Below are positions 18,193-29,555 of a stretch of DNA of 64,000 nucleotides, one piece after another. This DNA comes from an uncultured Alphaproteobacteria bacterium (GTDB lineage: Bacteria; Pseudomonadota; Alphaproteobacteria; Rhizobiales; Xanthobacteraceae). The stretch covers positions 5,262 through 69,261 of the forward strand of contig CAVVZW010000002.1 of NCBI GenBank assembly GCA_963752265.1, in the 5' to 3' direction. Every line of letters starts with the position of its first letter. Positions within the stretch are counted from its first letter, which is position 1. The notes under the pieces are model-generated. The model was not told where the DNA came from. It ran no database searches and worked only from the letters and a program-made list of their open reading frames with translations. Both the position numbers and the translations under genes were made by a program.

Positions 18193-19158
18193 ATGCCTGA
18201 GCACGGCGGAAATCTCGATGTGGCCTTGCAGCGATTCGGTGGAAACGCACAGGACTGGATCGATCTTTCGACCGGCATCAACCGGCAGCCTTATCCAGTG
18301 GGTGAGTTGCCTCTTGCGTGCTGGAGCGCTTTGCCATCGCACTCAAACATCCAGTCCCTGCATCGCGCCGCGCAGCAGGCTTACGACACGGACGCGCCGA
18401 TTCTCGCAACGAACGGCGCGCAGGCGGTTATTCAATGGCTGCCGCAGCTTGCCTTGCGCGGTCGCGCGCGAATTCTCGCACCCACTTACAACGAATATGC
18501 GGCGGTCTTCTCCGCCGCCGGCTGGGAAGTAACCGAGACATCCGATTTTGAAGCGCTTGCGGGCGCCGATCTCGCCGTGCTCGCTAATCCCAACAATCCC
18601 GACGGCAAGCTGCATGAGCCGAGCCAACTGCTCGCGCTACTGCCCCGCGTCGGCCGGCTGGTGGTTGACGAGAGTTTTGCCGATGCTGTTCCCGGTCTTT
18701 CGCTCGCGCCCAACGCGGGCCAGCCCGGGCTTCTGATCCTGCGCTCTTTCGGAAAGTTTTTCGGGCTTGCCGGATTGCGGCTCGGCTTCGTCATAGGAGA
18801 CGAAGCCGATATCGCCAAGCTTGCTGGCCTGGCGGGACCATGGCCCATCTCCGGCGCCGCGATTGAAATCGGCAGCCGCGCTTTGTTCGATCGTGAATGG
18901 GCGAAGGCGACATCGGCGCGGCTGGAGCGCGAGTGTTTGCGGCTGGACGCGGAGGTGATGCGGCGCGGCTGGACGCTTGTCGGCGGAACGCCACTGTTTC
19001 GGCTTTACGAGACCGGCGATGCGGAACTCGCGCAGGAGAGATTGGCGCGCGCCTATATTTGGTCACGCGTCTTCCCGCATCCACAGGGATGGCTGCGGTT
19101 GGGACTACCGGGCAGCGAGCCCGAGTGGGCGCGGTTGTCGGCAGCTTTGGCGGGCTAG
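18193..19158 (+). CDS. Threonine-phosphate decarboxylase (PLP-dependent; CobC/CobD)
   Basis: HGGNL, DLSTGIN, NPNNPDG, DESFAD, RSFGKFFGLAGLRLG. Confidence 0.92.
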   Translation: MPEHGGNLDVALQRFGGNAQDWIDLSTGINRQPYPVGELPLACWSALPSHSNIQSLHRAAQQAYDTDAPILATNGAQAVIQWLPQLALRGRARILAPTYNEYAAVFSAAGWEVTETSDFEALAGADLAVLANPNNPDGKLHEPSQLLALLPRVGRLVVDESFADAVPGLSLAPNAGQPGLLILRSFGKFFGLAGLRLGFVIGDEADIAKLAGLAGPWPISGAAIEIGSRALFDREWAKATSARLERECLRLDAEVMRRGWTLVGGTPLFRLYETGDAELAQERLARAYIWSRVFPHPQGWLRLGLPGSEPEWARLSAALAG

Positions 19159-19167
19159 TTTCAAGCC

Positions 19168-20616
19168 TCAGCGCGCCAACGCGAATAATCCATCAACATC
19201 GAGATGGGTTTCGACGTGCTCCGCGAGCGCATCGAGCGTGCTTTCGATCCTTGCGCGATAAGGTTGCTCGGTAGCTGGAATGTCCAGTTGCGCAAGAAAG
19301 GCTTTTCGGAAAGCATCCGACGTAAACATCCCATGCAGATAGCTGCCATGGACGCGACCATCTGTGGAAACCGCTCCCTCAGGCCGGCCATCAAGCACGG
19401 CGAAAGGACGGGTGCAGTCCACGCCGTCCGTATGCCCGATGTGAATTTCGTAAGCGTCGATCGGCTGTCCGGTCGCAGCGTGCGAAGCGGCCGCGCGCGT
19501 CAGCGTTTTCTGTGGCGTCATCACCGTCGAAACATCCAGAAGTCCGAGGCCGGATGTCTCGCCCGACGGTCCTTCGATTCCCAGGGGATCAGCGACGCTT
19601 TTTCCAAGCATCTGATAACCGCCGCAAAGGCCGAGCACATGGCCGCCACGACGGTGATGGGCGAGAAGATCGACATCCCAACCTTGCGCGCGCAGGAAGG
19701 CGAGATCGCCACGGGTGGATTTCGAACCGGGAATGATCACGAGCCGGCAGTCGCCGGGAATCGCCTCTCCCGGCCGGACCATCACCAGATCTACCTCAGC
19801 TTCGAGCTTGAGCGGGTCGAGATCGTCAAAATTGGCAATGCGCGACAGAGCGAGAAAGGCGATCTTGCATTTGCTGGTCTTGCGCGATTCTGCGAGGTCC
19901 AGCCCGTCTTCGGCGGGGAGCTCATTGGCGCGCGTGAAGTAAGGCAGAACCCCAAAGCCCGGCCATCCGGTTTGCTTCTCGATCAGCCGGTAGCCGTCGT
20001 CGAACAACGTGGGATCGCCGCGAAATTTGTTGATGACGAAGCCACGGATCATCGCGGCATCGTCGGGATCGAGCACGGATTTCGTTCCGACGAGTTGGGC
20101 GATGACGCCGCCGCGGTCGATGTCTCCGACCAGCACGACCGGCACGTCGGCGCGGCGGGCAAAGCCCATATTGGCAATGTCGGCCTGACGAAGGTTCACT
20201 TCGGCAGGACTGCCGGCGCCTTCGACCAGCACGAGATCGGCACGCGCTTTCAGACGCGCAAAACTTTCGAGCACCGGCTGCATGAGTGAAGGTTTCACGG
20301 CCGCGTACTCACGCGCGCGCAGCGTCGCAACCCGGCGGCCGTGAACGATGACCTGCGCGCCGATGTCCGTTTCCGGCTTGAGCAATACCGGATTCATATC
20401 GGTATGAGGCTCGACCCCGGCCGCTTGCGCCTGCAAGGCCTGCGCGCGCCCGATCTCGCCGCCATCCACGGTCACGGCGGCATTGTTCGACATGTTTTGC
20501 GGTTTGAATGGAACTACGCGAAGACCGCGGCGTAACGCAGCCCGCGCCAATCCAGCCACGATGAGCGACTTGCCTACGTTCGAGCCGGCTCCCTGGATCA
20601 TCAATGCGCGGGCCAT
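19168..20616 (-). CDS. cobQ: Cobyric acid synthase
   Basis: [43 protein letters not shown]. Confidence 0.96.
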   Translation of the reverse strand: MARALMIQGAGSNVGKSLIVAGLARAALRRGLRVVPFKPQNMSNNAAVTVDGGEIGRAQALQAQAAGVEPHTDMNPVLLKPETDIGAQVIVHGRRVATLRAREYAAVKPSLMQPVLESFARLKARADLVLVEGAGSPAEVNLRQADIANMGFARRADVPVVLVGDIDRGGVIAQLVGTKSVLDPDDAAMIRGFVINKFRGDPTLFDDGYRLIEKQTGWPGFGVLPYFTRANELPAEDGLDLAESRKTSKCKIAFLALSRIANFDDLDPLKLEAEVDLVMVRPGEAIPGDCRLVIIPGSKSTRGDLAFLRAQGWDVDLLAHHRRGGHVLGLCGGYQMLGKSVADPLGIEGPSGETSGLGLLDVSTVMTPQKTLTRAAASHAATGQPIDAYEIHIGHTDGVDCTRPFAVLDGRPEGAVSTDGRVHGSYLHGMFTSDAFRKAFLAQLDIPATEQPYRARIESTLDALAEHVETHLDVDGLFALAR

Positions 20617-20633
20617 CGACACGATCCGATCTG

Positions 20634-21290
20634 TCAGAATTCCACGCCGGGCTGCGCCTTGATGCCGGAGCGGAACGGATGCTTGATCAGCGTCATCTCG
20701 GTGACGAGGTCGGCGGCGTCGATCAATTCCTCTTTCGCGTTGCGCCCGGTGAGCACGACATGCATCATGTCAGGCTTCTGGCTTTTCAAAAAGCCGACGA
20801 CTTCGTTGATATCGAGATAATCGTAGCGAAGCGCGATGTTGATCTCGTCGAGCACGACCATGCGCAAGGTAACATCGGCGATCAGCTCTTTGGCCTTTGC
20901 CCAGCCGGCTTGCGCGGCCGCGACATCGCGCGCGCGGTCCTGGGTTTCCCAGGTGAAGCCTTCGCCCATGGCATGGAACTGGCAGAGATCGCCGAAATGA
21001 CCGGTCAATAGACGCCGCTCGCCGGTATCCCATGCGCCCTTGATGAACTGGACGACGGCACAGGGAAAGCCATGCGCGACGCATCGGACGATCATGCCAA
21101 AGGCCGAAGATGATTTGCCCTTGCCGGCGCCGGTGTGGACGATGATCAGACCTTTATCGCCGCTCTTCGTCGCCATGATCCGATCGCGGGCGGCTTTTTT
21201 CTTGGCCATTTTTTCCGCATGACGTTCATCGCCCGAAGCCTCGGACAACACCGATTTTTCGTCAGCGGCAGCATCTTCTTCTGAGGTCAC
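20634..21290 (-). CDS. cobO: Cob(I)yrinic acid a,c-diamide adenosyltransferase
   Basis: [30 protein letters not shown]; GTG start after AAGGAG. Confidence 0.95.
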   Translation of the reverse strand: MTSEEDAAADEKSVLSEASGDERHAEKMAKKKAARDRIMATKSGDKGLIIVHTGAGKGKSSSAFGMIVRCVAHGFPCAVVQFIKGAWDTGERRLLTGHFGDLCQFHAMGEGFTWETQDRARDVAAAQAGWAKAKELIADVTLRMVVLDEINIALRYDYLDINEVVGFLKSQKPDMMHVVLTGRNAKEELIDAADLVTEMTLIKHPFRSGIKAQPGVEF

Positions 21291-21343
21291 CGGATGCGCT
21301 CCTTTGGCTTGACAAGTAGCGGCCGCGGGCAAATGGTGGACCC

Positions 21344-21528
21344 GCGTTGGTTCCTGTCCTACGACAGGCGAAGAGGGAATGCGATAGGGTCAAATCCTTT
21401 GACCTGAACAGCAGCCGCCCCCGCGACCGTGACCGGAGAGATGCTTGAAGCCACTGACCCGAGAGGGTTGGGAAGGCGGGCATCAAGGGGATAAAACCCT
21501 GCTCCGCAAGCCGGGAGACCTGCCAGCG
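21344..21528 (+). ncRNA. Cobalamin riboswitch
   Basis: GGTTCC...AAGAGGGAA, GCCCCCGCGACCGTGA, GCCACTG...GGGAAGG, AGCCGGGAGACCTGCC; TTGACA at 21309; lies upstream of the cobW operon. Confidence 0.92.
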
Positions 21529-21646
21529 CATCTGATTTAGACCGGCGGACGGGGTGTTCCGCGACGGGGAGCGAACCGTTGCCATCTTGGTTCGCGCACC
21601 TCATCGCCTTCCGCCAAAACTTCGAGCTAAGCCTTCGAGGAGAGCG

Positions 21647-22021
21647 ATGACCGTCACGCTTCACGTCTGCATCACATGCCGCGCCGGCCAAACGCTGCAA
21701 CAGGGCGAGACCACGCCCGGCGCGCGTCTACATGCGGCCATCCTCGACGCCGGCGTGCCCGATGGCGTCAATTTGGTACCCGTCGAATGTCTATCGGCCT
21801 GCAACCAGGGCTGCTCGATCGCACTCAGCGCACCCGGCCGATGGTCTTATGTCTATGGGCGGCTATCGGATGCCCACGCATCGGATGTGATCGCGGGCGC
21901 TGCGGCCTACGCGAACGCGCCTGATGGCATCGTGCCCTGGCGCAGCCGTCCGGAAATTTTTCGCAAGCAATCGCTTGCCCGCATCCCGCCCATTACCGCC
22001 CTGCCGGAGGCCGCCGAATGA
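21647..22021 (+). CDS. DUF1636 thioredoxin-like metal-binding protein
   Basis: VCITC, VECLSACNQGC, WSYVYG, RIPP. Confidence 0.88.
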   Translation: MTVTLHVCITCRAGQTLQQGETTPGARLHAAILDAGVPDGVNLVPVECLSACNQGCSIALSAPGRWSYVYGRLSDAHASDVIAGAAAYANAPDGIVPWRSRPEIFRKQSLARIPPITALPEAAE

Positions 22022-23052
22022 ATACGCTTGCCAAAGTCCCCGTCACCGTCGTGACCGGCTTTCTCGGCTCGGGGAAGACGACGCTGATTCAGCACCTGAT
22101 CGCCAATGCCAACGGCAAAAAGCTTGCCGTGCTCGTCAACGAATTCGGCAGCGAAGGCGTGGACGGGGATATCCTGAAATCCTGCGCCGATGCCGGTTGC
22201 CCAGTCGATAACATCATCGAACTCGCCAACGGCTGCATTTGCTGCACGGTCGCTGACGACTTCATTCCGGCGATGGAACTGTTGCTGTCGCGGCCTGTGA
22301 GGCCCGACCATATCCTGATCGAAACGTCTGGCCTCGCGCTGCCAAAGCCGCTGCTGAAAGCCTTTGACTGGCCGGAGATCCGTTCGCGCATCACCGTCGA
22401 TGGCGTGATCGCGCTGGCGGATGCGGAAGCCGTGGCCGCCGGGCGTTTTGCGCCGGACCCGGCTGCGGTCGATGCGCAACGCTTGGCCGATGAAAATATC
22501 GATCACGAGACGCCGCTGTCGGAAGTGTTTGAAGACCAGATCGCCTGCGCCGACATCATCCTGCTGACCAAGGCAGACCTTGCCGGCGCCGCGGGGCTTG
22601 AAGCGGCGAAAGCCGCGATCTCAGCCGAGATGCCGCGCCGCGTGCCGATGTTGTCGATTGTCGATGGCGCGGTCGATGCGCGCGTCATCCTCGGCCTCGG
22701 AGCCGCGGCGGAAAACGATCTCGCCGCGCGTCCGTCGCATCACGATGGCGAAGACGACCACGAACATGACGACTTCGCCTCTGTCGTCATCGACCTTCCG
22801 GAGGTGAGCGACATCGACGCGCTGGTTGCATCGGTGCAGCGGCTGGCGCGCGAGCAGAACGTGCTGCGCGCCAAGGGTTATATCGCGGTCGCCGGCAAGC
22901 CGATGCGGCTGTTGCTGCAAGCGGTGGGCGAACGGGTCCGGCATCAATACGACACGCCCTGGGGAATGCGGCCTCGGCAGTCGAAACTGGTGCTGATCGG
23001 CGAGCAGGGTGATATCAACGAACGTGCCCTCAGGGCGGCACTTGGTGTGTGA
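22018..23052 (+). CDS. cobW: Cobalt chaperone GTPase CobW
   Basis: GFLGSGKTT, NGCICC, ETSGLALP, His/Asp-rich HHDGEDDHEHDD. Confidence 0.96.
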   Translation: MNTLAKVPVTVVTGFLGSGKTTLIQHLIANANGKKLAVLVNEFGSEGVDGDILKSCADAGCPVDNIIELANGCICCTVADDFIPAMELLLSRPVRPDHILIETSGLALPKPLLKAFDWPEIRSRITVDGVIALADAEAVAAGRFAPDPAAVDAQRLADENIDHETPLSEVFEDQIACADIILLTKADLAGAAGLEAAKAAISAEMPRRVPMLSIVDGAVDARVILGLGAAAENDLAARPSHHDGEDDHEHDDFASVVIDLPEVSDIDALVASVQRLAREQNVLRAKGYIAVAGKPMRLLLQAVGERVRHQYDTPWGMRPRQSKLVLIGEQGDINERALRAALGV

Positions 23053-26000
23053 TGCACGTTGTCTTTCGCGAGAGTCGCGGGCTTGAGGAGACCGCGGTCC
23101 CGAAGGACCTCGGTCAGGACCCGGCTGATCTCGCGATACTCTCGTTCTCCGATAGCGATCTTGCAACCTTCGCGGCCGGCTGGCGGCGCGGCCGCACCAA
23201 CCTGCCGAGGCTGCGGCTTGCCAACCTGTCAGAGCTTCGCCACCCGCTTTCGGTCGACACCTATATCGAACGGACACTGACGCAAGCACGCGGCGTACTG
23301 GTACGGCTTATCGGCGGCGAATCCTACTGGTCGTATGGACTCTCCGCCCTGTACCGTCTGGCGAAAGACCGCGGAATCGCGCTTGCCGTGCTCCCAGCGG
23401 ATGGCCGTGACGATCCCGGACTGGATGCGCTCTCGACCGTGCCTATTTCAGCGCTACGGCGGCTCAAAGCATTCTGCGACCAGGGCGGCGCGATCGCGGC
23501 ACAGGCTGCGATTGCCGAGCTCGCGCTAGCGGCGGGCCTTGATGCTGGACCGGTGGTCGGCGAGATCGATATCCCGGAAATGGGTTTTTACGATCCGGCC
23601 CATGGCGCCATCGCCCCGCCGCCGAATCCCGATCAGCGGCCGCGCGCGCTGGTGACGTTTTATCGCTCTTATCTCACCGCAGCCGACACCGCACCGGTCG
23701 ATACGCTGATCGAATCGCTCCGGCAAAAGGGCTTTGACGCCTATGGCGCATTCGTCACGTCGCTGAAGGCGGCTGGCGTCGCGGATTGGCTGAGAGCGCA
23801 ATTCGAGGCCAACCCACCTGCTGTCATCGTCAATGCAACCGCGTTCTCCGCACTCAATGACGACGGCACGACGCCGTTTGACACCGCGTCGTGTCCGGTG
23901 TTTCAAGTCGCGCTGTCCACCGCCCGACGCGAAGAGTGGGCGGAATCGCTTCGCGGCCTGTCGCCGGGTGACCTCGCGATGCATGTGGTGCTGCCGGAGG
24001 TCGATGGCCGCCTGTTTGCGGGCGTCGTCAGTTTCAAGTCGCCGGGGATGCGAGATGCCGATCTGCAATTTGCGCATCTCGCGCATCGCCCTGATGAAGA
24101 ACGAGTGGACGCCATCGTGGCGCGGGTGTGCGCCTGGCACAGGCTTGCGACGAGGCCCGCGAACGAGAAGCGCGTCGCCATCGTGCTTTCGAACTATCCC
24201 GGCCGCCCACATCAGATCGCGCATGCGGTCGGACTGGACGCGCTGGCGTCAGTCGAAGTGCTGTTGTCGGACATCAAAGCTGCCGGCTTCGATGTTGGTT
24301 CCGTGGAAGCGCTTGGTGACGTTCTGTTGCGACAAACCTTGACGTGGGACGTCGCCGAATATTGTGCTGAGTTAGCCAGGTTACCGCGACCACTCCAGGA
24401 CGATCTCGCCAAGGCGTGGGGCGCGCCGGAATACGACCCGGCCTGCCGCGGCGGCAAATTTCATTTCGCTGGCGTTGAATGTGGCAACGCTATCACCGCC
24501 ATTCAGCCGGAGCGCGGCGATGTTAGTGGCCGCGACACCGACTATCACGACCTGTCGCGCACGCCGCGCCATGCTTATGTCGCGTTCTATCTCTGGCTTC
24601 GACGCCAGGGATATGATGCGCTGATCCATATGGGCGCGCATGGAACGCTGGAATGGCTGCCCGGCAAGGCCGTGGCGCTGTCGTCGTCTTGCTGGCCGGA
24701 AGCATTGATCGGCGAGGTGCCCGTCATCTATCCCTTCATCGTCAATGATCCCGGCGAGGCCGCGCAGGCCAAGCGGCGCATTGGCGCCGTGACAATCGGC
24801 CATTTGCCGCCGCCGCAGAGACAGTCCGCGGTGCCGGAACGGCTGCGCCGGCTCGAACAGCTACTCGACGAATATTCAACCGCCGATGGACTCGATCCCG
24901 CGCGCCGCCAACGGCTGATCGCCTCGATCCGCATTGAGGCGCGCGCCGCGGGCCTCGAAGATGACCTTGGCCTTGGGCCCTCGGCTGCGCCTGCCGAAGC
25001 CATTCCCCGAATTGATCGCTTCGTCTGCGATCTCAAGGAAAGCCAGTTCGGCGACGGGTTGCACGTCTTTGGCCGCGGCGAATGCGGCGAGGCCGAACGG
25101 GACGCCGTGCTCGCGGCGCTCAGTGGCGAGCGCATCGCGCCGGGACCGGCCGGCTCGCCTTGGCGCGGACGCCGCGACGTGCTGCCGACCGGACGCAATC
25201 TGTTTGCGGTCGATCCCCGCGCGGTGCCGACGCCATCGGCGCATGCGCAGGGGATCAAACTCGCTGAAGAGCTTCTGCGCCGTCACTTGCAGGATCACGG
25301 CGATTGGCCGAAAGGGCTGATGGTCGATCTCTGGGGATCGTCGACCATGCGCACCTCAGGCGAAGATTTCGCGATGGCGCTGCATCTGGCGGGCCTCGCG
25401 CCACGCTGGGACCACGCTTCCGGCCGTGTATCGGGTTACGATATCCTCGCGCCGGCCGAACTCGGCCGGCCGCGCATCGACGTCACGCTTCGGGTGTCAG
25501 GTCTGTTTCGCGACGTCTTTCCTGGCCTTGCGCAACTGTTCGAGACCGCGACCACAGCGCTCAGTGAACGCGACGGCGAAGGGGATGAAAATCCCTATTG
25601 CCTGCGGACATCACGGGTGTTCGGACCGCGTCCCGGGCAATATGGTGTTGGAATGGCGGCGGCACTGGATGCATTCACACCGGAATCGCGCGCGGCGGCT
25701 GGCGAGGCCTGGTTGTCAGCCTCCTCCTGGGCCTTTGCGTCCGATGGCGAGATGCGGTCCGATCGGGGCGGGATCGAAGCAAGGCTCGCCGCGTCTGATG
25801 CGTTCGTGCATACACAAGACCTGCCGGAAACAGACCTGTTGCTGGCTGCCGACTATGCTGCCCATGAAGCGGGCGTTGCGGCCGCCGCGGCCCGGATCGG
25901 TTTAGCCTCGCCATCGCTCTATCATCTCGATGCCACGCGCCCCGACCAGCCGCACGCACGCACGCTGACCGAGGAAATATCGCGCGTGGTGCGCGCCCGC

Positions 26001-26300
26001 GCCACCAACCCGGTCTGGATCGAAGGCATGATGCGCCATGGCTTTCGCGGCGCCGCTGAAATCGCCGCAACGCTGGAACACATGGCCGCATTCGCCCATC
26101 TTGCCGATGCCGTGCCGCCGCATCTCTTCGACCTCTATTACGACGCCACACTCGGCAATGATCGCGTGCGCGCATTTATCGCGCGCGAGAATGCACAGGC
26201 GCTTGCGGCCATCGAGACCTGCTTTGCCCGCCTGCGTGAAGCTTCCCTCTGGAAGACACGGCGCAATTCGATTGCGGCGGCGCTTGGCGAGGCTTCATGA
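23052..26300 (+). CDS. cobN: Cobaltochelatase subunit CobN
   Basis: LPEVDGR, HMGAHGTLEWLPGK, LPTGRN, RPRIDV, RATNP. Confidence 0.95.
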   Translation: MHVVFRESRGLEETAVPKDLGQDPADLAILSFSDSDLATFAAGWRRGRTNLPRLRLANLSELRHPLSVDTYIERTLTQARGVLVRLIGGESYWSYGLSALYRLAKDRGIALAVLPADGRDDPGLDALSTVPISALRRLKAFCDQGGAIAAQAAIAELALAAGLDAGPVVGEIDIPEMGFYDPAHGAIAPPPNPDQRPRALVTFYRSYLTAADTAPVDTLIESLRQKGFDAYGAFVTSLKAAGVADWLRAQFEANPPAVIVNATAFSALNDDGTTPFDTASCPVFQVALSTARREEWAESLRGLSPGDLAMHVVLPEVDGRLFAGVVSFKSPGMRDADLQFAHLAHRPDEERVDAIVARVCAWHRLATRPANEKRVAIVLSNYPGRPHQIAHAVGLDALASVEVLLSDIKAAGFDVGSVEALGDVLLRQTLTWDVAEYCAELARLPRPLQDDLAKAWGAPEYDPACRGGKFHFAGVECGNAITAIQPERGDVSGRDTDYHDLSRTPRHAYVAFYLWLRRQGYDALIHMGAHGTLEWLPGKAVALSSSCWPEALIGEVPVIYPFIVNDPGEAAQAKRRIGAVTIGHLPPPQRQSAVPERLRRLEQLLDEYSTADGLDPARRQRLIASIRIEARAAGLEDDLGLGPSAAPAEAIPRIDRFVCDLKESQFGDGLHVFGRGECGEAERDAVLAALSGERIAPGPAGSPWRGRRDVLPTGRNLFAVDPRAVPTPSAHAQGIKLAEELLRRHLQDHGDWPKGLMVDLWGSSTMRTSGEDFAMALHLAGLAPRWDHASGRVSGYDILAPAELGRPRIDVTLRVSGLFRDVFPGLAQLFETATTALSERDGEGDENPYCLRTSRVFGPRPGQYGVGMAAALDAFTPESRAAAGEAWLSASSWAFASDGEMRSDRGGIEARLAASDAFVHTQDLPETDLLLAADYAAHEAGVAAAAARIGLASPSLYHLDATRPDQPHARTLTEEISRVVRARATNPVWIEGMMRHGFRGAAEIAATLEHMAAFAHLADAVPPHLFDLYYDATLGNDRVRAFIARENAQALAAIETCFARLREASLWKTRRNSIAAALGEAS

Positions 26301-27461
26301 GCGCGGTTGCGGTCAAGGGCTGGTGCCCCGGCGTCTGGCAGCCGATGCAATCGGGCGACGGGCTCGTGGTTCGTGTCCGGCCGCACGGAGGCCGGATCGA
26401 CGCGAAGCAGGCGGCAGGAATTGCCGAACTCACCCAGCGCCATGGCAACGGGCTGATCGATCTCACCAACCGGGCCAATCTCCAGATCAGAGGCGTGAGC
26501 GAAGACAGCCATCCGCCGCTGATCGACGGGCTCGCCGAGCTTGGCCTGCTTGATCCTGATCCCGACACCGAAGCGCGGCGTAATATTCTCGTCACGCCAT
26601 TCTGGACGGCCGGAGACGAGACCATCTCCATCGCCGACGAACTGGAACGCGCGCTTGCGGGCGGTCCGGCCGGCCTTCCCGCCAAGTTCGGCTTCGCGGT
26701 CGATTGCGGGAAAGAGCGCGTGCTGTCGGAGGCCTCTGCCGATGTACGGATCGAGCGCGCCATCGATGGACAGCTCATGGTGCGCGCCGACGGAACGGAA
26801 TTTGGGTGTGCGGTCGCGCGCAACGACGTGGTAGCGACCGCCGTCAGTCTTGCCGAATGGTTTGTGTTCTCGGGCGGGACGAAGGCAGGCCGGGGACGGA
26901 TGGCAGCTCACGTCGCTGAAGGCGCGAAGCTGCCCGAAAACCTTTGCGGTCTTGCGAGACCCGCGCCTAAGCAAAGTGCGTCCGATCCCGGACTAACCCC
27001 GCACGGCGCACTCCTCGGTGTGGCCTTCGGGCAAGTGACTTCGACCACGCTGAACTGGCTGGCCAAGAATGCCAAAGCCTTGCGGATGACCCCATGGCGC
27101 ATGATGCTGGCGGAAGGCATGAACGAGATGCCCGCTTACGAGGGCGTGATCACGCGCGCGGAAGATCCATTACTGCGCGCCGTCGCTTGCAGCGGCGCTC
27201 CGCGTTGTCGCGAAGCCCACGCTGACACGCGCGCGCTCGCTGCCGCGCTCGCGCCGCATCTCGCCGCAGGCGCCCGGCTTCACGTTTCCGGTTGCGTCAA
27301 AGGCTGCGCCCAATCGGGCTCTGCGTCGGTTACGCTGGTTGGCACCGACAACGGATTCGATTTCATCCGCAATGGTTCGACGCGGGATGCGCCTGTCCTG
27401 CGCGGACTGAGCGCGAGCGGCATTCTGGCAAACCCTTCCGTTCTGTATGGGAGGGCGCTGA
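26297..27461 (+). CDS. cobG: Precorrin-3B synthase (reads in frame into cobH)
   Basis: KGWCPG, SGDGLVVRVRP, LPAKFGF, ACSGAPRC, HVSGCVKGCA. Confidence 0.88.
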
Positions 27462-28090
27462 TGCTGCACAACTATGAGACCGATGGCGCGGCGATCTACC
27501 GGAAATCCTTCGCCATCATCCGCACTGAAGCAAACCTCGCGCGCTTTTCCGCTGACGAGGAGCCGGTGGTGGTGCGCATGATCCATGCCGCGGGCATGAT
27601 CGGACTGGAATCCCATATCCGCTTTACATCAGGCATGGCTGGCGTTGCGCGAACGGCCTTGCAGAATGGCGCGCCGATTCTTTGCGACGCACGCATGGTG
27701 TCCGAAGGCATCACCCGCGCACGCCTGCCGTCTGGCAATGCCGTCATTTGCACGCTCGACGACCCCACCGTCCCTGCCCTCGCGCAAACCATCCGCAATA
27801 CCCGCTCGGCGGCGGCGCTGGAATTGTGGCGGCCGCATCTTGATGGCGCCATCGTTGCCATCGGCAATGCGCCGACCGCTCTGTTTCACTTGCTCAACAT
27901 GCTTAAGGAGGAGAGCTGCCCGAGGCCCGCAGCGATCATCGGCTGTCCGGTCGGCTTTGTCGGCGCGGCGGAGGCCAAGGCGGCGCTGCTCGCCGATCCG
28001 CCCGCGCCTTCTCTCACGGTCGAAGGACGCCTCGGCGGCTCGGCGATCACGGTCGCTGCCATCAACGCGCTCGCGTCGAGGGGCGAATAG
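27461..28090 (+). CDS. cobH: Precorrin-8X methylmutase
   Basis: AIYRKSFAII, RMIHA, TRSAAA, IGNAPTALF, PVGFVGAAE; GGAGG RBS and TGATG at the start. Confidence 0.93.
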   Translation: MLHNYETDGAAIYRKSFAIIRTEANLARFSADEEPVVVRMIHAAGMIGLESHIRFTSGMAGVARTALQNGAPILCDARMVSEGITRARLPSGNAVICTLDDPTVPALAQTIRNTRSAAALELWRPHLDGAIVAIGNAPTALFHLLNMLKEESCPRPAAIIGCPVGFVGAAEAKAALLADPPAPSLTVEGRLGGSAITVAAINALASRGE

Positions 28091-28092
28091 CG

Positions 28093-28824
28093 ATGGGGAA
28101 AATCATCTGTTGCGGCCTCGGCCCCGGCGATCCCGACTTGATGAGCGTGCGGGCCGCGCGCGAGGTGCGTAACGCCAAACACGTCGCTTTTTTCCGTAAA
28201 AAAGGACATCCCGGCCAGGCCCGGCGCATCGTCGAGGGGATGCTCGCCGAAGGTACCGCCGAATATCCGATGGAATATCCGGTCACGACCGAGATCGCCT
28301 TCGATAGTCCCGAATACGTCCGCCTGCTCGATGGTTTCTACGACGAATGGGCCGGGCGGCTGGCGCGGCTTGCTAGTCGTGACGACGTCGTCGTGCTGTG
28401 CGAGGGCGACCCCTATTTCTATGGCTCCTTCATGCATCTGCATGTCCGCCTCCGGGGGCGCGCCGAGATCGAAGTTATCGCCGGCATTCCCGGCATGGCC
28501 GGTTGCTGGAATTCGGTTGGCCGGCCGATCGCGCTCGGCGATGATGTGGTGACTGTGCTGACGGGCACGCTTGGCGAAGATGAGCTTGAGCGCCGCATGC
28601 GCAATTCCGACGCGCTTGTCATCATGAAGACGGGCCGCAACCTGGACAAGATTCGCCGTGCGCTGGCATCTGCCGGCCGTCTGGCTAACGCGTGGCTGAT
28701 CGAACGCGGCACGATGCCGGGTGAACGCGTCATGCGGCTCGCAGACGTCGACGAGACCGACTGTCCTTACTTTGCGATCGTGCTGGTCTACGGCGAGCCG
28801 CAACGCGTCAAGGCCGCCGAATGA
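28093..28824 (+). CDS. cobI: Precorrin-2 C20-methyltransferase
   Basis: GLGPGDPDL, CEGDPYFYGSF. Confidence 0.93.
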   Translation: MGKIICCGLGPGDPDLMSVRAAREVRNAKHVAFFRKKGHPGQARRIVEGMLAEGTAEYPMEYPVTTEIAFDSPEYVRLLDGFYDEWAGRLARLASRDDVVVLCEGDPYFYGSFMHLHVRLRGRAEIEVIAGIPGMAGCWNSVGRPIALGDDVVTVLTGTLGEDELERRMRNSDALVIMKTGRNLDKIRRALASAGRLANAWLIERGTMPGERVMRLADVDETDCPYFAIVLVYGEPQRVKAAE

Positions 28825-29555
28825 CGGGCACACTAACTATTGCGGGGCTAGGCCCAGGCAGTGAGGCGCTGATCACGCCGGAGGTCTCGGCGGCGTTGGC
28901 GTCCGCGACCGACATACTCGGCTATGCGCCTTATGTCGCGCGTGTGGCCCCTCGCTCCGGCCTCACCCTGCATCCATCCGACAATCGCGAAGAGCTCCAG
29001 CGCGCAACGGAAGCCTTGCGGCTGGCGTCAGCGGGCCGCCACGTGGTCGTGGTGTCCTCCGGCGATCCCGGCGTGTTCGCGATGGCTTCTGCGGTGTTCG
29101 AAGCGCTGGAGGCCTCACCGCAATGGCGCGATCTTTCCATCCGCGTCCTGCCCGGCGTCACCGCGATGCTCGCCGCCGCGGCACGCATCGGTGCCCCGCT
29201 CGGCCATGATTTTTGCGCCATCAATCTTTCCGATAATCTAAAATCCTGGGCCACGATCGAAAAGCGCTTGAGGCTCGCGGCTGAAGCCGACTTTTCAATT
29301 GCGATCTACAATCCTCGCTCGGCGAGCCGCCCCGATAGTTTTTCGCGCGCGCTTGAGATTTTGCAGGGAGCCGGTTGCGGCGAACGCCTCGTGATCTTCG
29401 CGCGCGCGATCAGCACGCCCGACGAGAAGATCGAGACAATGAGCTTGCGGGACGCGCGGCCGGAGATGGCCGACATGAGGACGCTGGTCATCGTTGGCAA
29501 TTCGACAACGCGCCGCGTTGGCCGCTGGGTTTACGCGCCGAGGCACGCCCGATGA
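28821..29555 (+). CDS. cobJ: Precorrin-3B C17-methyltransferase
   Basis: SSGDPGVFAMA, GAPLGHDF, LSDNLK, YNPRS. Confidence 0.94.
   Translation: MTGTLTIAGLGPGSEALITPEVSAALASATDILGYAPYVARVAPRSGLTLHPSDNREELQRATEALRLASAGRHVVVVSSGDPGVFAMASAVFEALEASPQWRDLSIRVLPGVTAMLAAAARIGAPLGHDFCAINLSDNLKSWATIEKRLRLAAEADFSIAIYNPRSASRPDSFSRALEILQGAGCGERLVIFARAISTPDEKIETMSLRDARPEMADMRTLVIVGNSTTRRVGRWVYAPRHAR

Noticed and set aside
26297-28090. Novel CobG-CobH fusion enzyme
   Set aside because: An intact RBS and TGATG overlap are restored by removing one base; same error pattern as elsewhere.
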